35,309 bases of DNA from an uncultured Clostridia bacterium (GTDB lineage: Bacteria; Bacillota; Clostridia; Christensenellales; Borkfalkiaceae): NCBI GenBank assembly GCA_947629845.1, contig CANRFD010000001.1, positions 1 to 35,309 on the forward strand, in the 5' to 3' direction. Every line of letters starts with the position of its first letter. Within the stretch, counting starts at the first letter, position 1. Under the pieces are notes generated by a model that saw nothing but the letters and a program-made list of their open reading frames with translations, was not told the DNA's origin and ran no database searches. The position numbers were made by a program, and so were the translations under genes. Below are positions 33,151 to 35,309 of this stretch, in pieces.

Positions 33151-35309
33151 TCAATTTGCCTTGCCTATTACCTGCACCGCCGAAAGCGACGCATTGCCGT
33201 TGTCGTGTGCGCCCGACGAGGTGATGTGCACCGAGATCGTCGTCTCGCCCGTCACGGAGATGGGGATGACGACCCGTTTGCACGCCGAAGGGTCGTTCGC
33301 CGAGAAGCTCACCGACTTCTTCTCTTTGCCCATGTAGTTGTGGACGGAGACGGTGTTCGTGCCGTTCCACACGCCTACATACAGCACGATGTACTGCGTA
33401 TTTTGGTCAACGCTGAAGGAGATGGCGTAGCTCTCGTTGGAGGCGGTGTGATAGCCCATCGTCGAACCTGCGCTCGTCGCCATCTCTTCGCCGTCCGTCC
33501 ACGAAAGTTTCGCCTTGTAGTCGTTGAACGAATTGAACTTGGAGCCCGACACGTCGCCGATGACCTCGCCGTCCTGCTTGTGCACAAAGCCGCTGCTGCC
33601 CTCGTTGGTCTTGAGCCAGTCGAGCACAACGCCCTCCGAAATGCCGTTCGGCAGCTGCGAGAGGTTGGCGTCGGCTGCGTCCGTCACCATGAAGTCGGTG
33701 GGCACCGTAAGGTCGGGCAGGTTGACCGCCTGCGCCTCGGCGTCGCCGTACACGATCGCGTCCGAGCTCTGGCCGTTCGTCCGCGAGGAGTGCATGCTGT
33801 AGCGGACGTAAATTTCGGTGTCCGCTTCCGCCGAGACGGCGATCGTCACCTTCCTCGCCGCCGTGCCGTTGAAGTTGTTGTTGAGCTGCGTGCTCGAAGT
33901 GAGGTCGGCTGCGGGCTCGTCGAAAATGACGGTATAAACGTTCCCCGCCCTGTCGCGCACGGTGAGTTTGCTCACGCACTGCGTCGCGACGAGGTAGAGG
34001 GTATACACCTTCTGCGCCCCCTTCTTCACTTTCAGCGTAACGTTCACATCCACCTGTCCGCTCGTGGCGGTGGAGATGCCCTTCGCGATGTCCTGCCCCT
34101 CGCCCTGCGTCCAGTCCGCGCAGACGGCCGCCGTCGTACCCGACCACATCTCGAAGTCGCTTGCGATGTCGCCGATGACGTGCTCCGCATTCAGCTTCCG
34201 CGAGGTGAGATTGCCGAAGTACGCCCAGTCGTCGTACGCTTCGCTGTCGAGATCGAGGTAGCCCTCCACCTCCGCCGCCTCGCCCACGCTGAAGTTTGCG
34301 GGGGTCGCGTCGTAATCTGCGTTCTTTTGCGCCGTCGCAAGTTTTGCGTTGTCGGCGAAGTCCACAACGATGGTCGTCTCCTCGTCGACGTCCCCCGAGA
34401 AGGAGAACATGTACACCGCGGTGTCCGCCGAGGCTCCCGTAAAGGAGAAGGGCGAAGCGAGGCTGTCCTTTGCATAGTAGCTCATGCCGGTGACGAGCTT
34501 CCCGTTCACGGTGATGCTCTTCACGTCGCCGAGCTCGGCAAAGGCATGCAGGCGGACGTTCCACTTGCGGGAGGTAAACGCCCTGTCGCCGTCGAACTCC
34601 CCTTCCGCCGCGCCGATCTTGATGGTATACTTGCCTTCCGCGGCCTCCGCCGTGATGAGCGTCGTGCGGTACTTGCCGTACTTGTACGCCTGCGTCACGG
34701 TGTCGTCCTCGTAGAGCGTGGTCTGCGCCTTGCTCGCGGCGGGATAGGCGTCAAGGGTGAGCTCGCTCCAATCCTTTTCGCTCAGGTTGCTCATGTCGGG
34801 CGCGAGCACGTTGAGCGTGCCCTTGCGCACGAAGATGGGCGAAGTCTCCAGCGGGTGCGTCACCGGATAGGTGTACGGCCCCACGTATTCCTTGCCCGAC
34901 CACACGTCGATCCACGTCCCGTCGGGGAGGAACACGTCGCGGGTGTCGTAGCAGGAGGAAGCTCCCTTCACGGGTTTCTCGATGGCGTACATGTAGAAGT
35001 GCGCATAGTTGCCCTCTTCCACATATTTTATCTCGATGGAGTGCTTCGTGCCCGCCGCGTAGTAAGGGGTCTCGAACAGCGTATCGTATTTGTTGGTGCC
35101 GTCCGACGCGCTGTTTACGACCATGCTGCCGTCGATGCGCACCTGCACTCTGTCGTCCGCGAAGAAGGTCAGGCGGGTGTCTGTATCCCCCACCGTGAAG
35201 TCGCCCTTCCAGATGATGGTGAAGTTGTCGCGCGGCAACCCCACGGGGCCGGACTGACCCCAGTCGAGCACAAATCCGGTGTCCTGACGGTCGAACACGG
35301 GCTCGTCGC
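33151..35309 (-). CDS. C-terminal part of a GH31-type glycoside hydrolase (5' end outside the window): PA14 insert, GH31 distal domains, then two uncharacterised CBM-like modules
   Basis: The frame stays open upstream of the track start, which is a GTG; the sequence reads ..DEPVFDRQDTGFVLDW. The PA14 pattern is LDWGQSGP...FTIIWKGDF...LTFFADDRVQVRIDG...IEIKYVEEGNYAHFYMY. The GH31 C-terminal block VFLPDGTWIDVWSGKEY...SPIFVRKGTLNVL parallels the 15544-18066 paralogue. The C-terminal modules lie at about 33154-34340. Confidence 0.85.
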   Translation of the reverse strand, partial: DEPVFDRQDTGFVLDWGQSGPVGLPRDNFTIIWKGDFTVGDTDTRLTFFADDRVQVRIDGSMVVNSASDGTNKYDTLFETPYYAAGTKHSIEIKYVEEGNYAHFYMYAIEKPVKGASSCYDTRDVFLPDGTWIDVWSGKEYVGPYTYPVTHPLETSPIFVRKGTLNVLAPDMSNLSEKDWSELTLDAYPAASKAQTTLYEDDTVTQAYKYGKYRTTLITAEAAEGKYTIKIGAAEGEFDGDRAFTSRKWNVRLHAFAELGDVKSITVNGKLVTGMSYYAKDSLASPFSFTGASADTAVYMFSFSGDVDEETTIVVDFADNAKLATAQKNADYDATPANFSVGEAAEVEGYLDLDSEAYDDWAYFGNLTSRKLNAEHVIGDIASDFEMWSGTTAAVCADWTQGEGQDIAKGISTATSGQVDVNVTLKVKKGAQKVYTLYLVATQCVSKLTVRDRAGNVYTVIFDEPAADLTSSTQLNNNFNGTAARKVTIAVSAEADTEIYVRYSMHSSRTNGQSSDAIVYGDAEAQAVNLPDLTVPTDFMVTDAADANLSQLPNGISEGVVLDWLKTNEGSSGFVHKQDGEVIGDVSGSKFNSFNDYKAKLSWTDGEEMATSAGSTMGYHTASNESYAISFSVDQNTQYIVLYVGVWNGTNTVSVHNYMGKEKKSVSFSANDPSACKRVVIPISVTGETTISVHITSSGAHDNGNASLSAVQVIGKAN

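Overview
High-GC (visibly >60%) chromosomal segment from an endospore-lineage Bacillota (Clostridia-like) genome, inferred from the presence of spo0A; 16 of 18 genes are on the minus strand. The first ~15.5 kb is mostly housekeeping: ftsK/spoIIIE (3' partial), a membrane-anchored polyacidic protein, spo0A, an ABC-F ATPase, an Fe-alcohol dehydrogenase, a DUF368 (undecaprenyl-phosphate translocase family) protein and gdhA. Three items in this part are unusual. One is a Zn-ribbon/TIR/5-TM/BspA-LRR protein with a Toll-like-receptor-like predicted topology. One is an A+T-richer islet carrying an XRE regulator and a cytoplasmic BspA-type LRR protein. The third is that Spo0A has a degenerate receiver domain in which the phospho-acceptor Asp is replaced by Ser. 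From 15.5 kb to the window end lies one co-directional Gram-positive glycan-utilisation locus. It encodes a secreted GH31 with a PA14 insert (5' partial), a 1478-aa Big_2 surface lipoprotein, a CUT1 ABC importer (binding protein plus two permeases, no ATPase), a GH43 lipoprotein, a 1253-aa CBM9-like/Flg_new lipoprotein, and cytoplasmic GH43 and GH31-PA14 enzymes. An unrecognised ~170-200 aa module occurs six times, shared between the secreted GH31 and the Big_2 lipoprotein. No rRNA, tRNA, CRISPR array, transposase or integrase was seen. Many long ORFs in the six-frame track are antisense or out-of-frame shadows typical of high-GC DNA. All family assignments come from reading motifs by eye; no database search was run.
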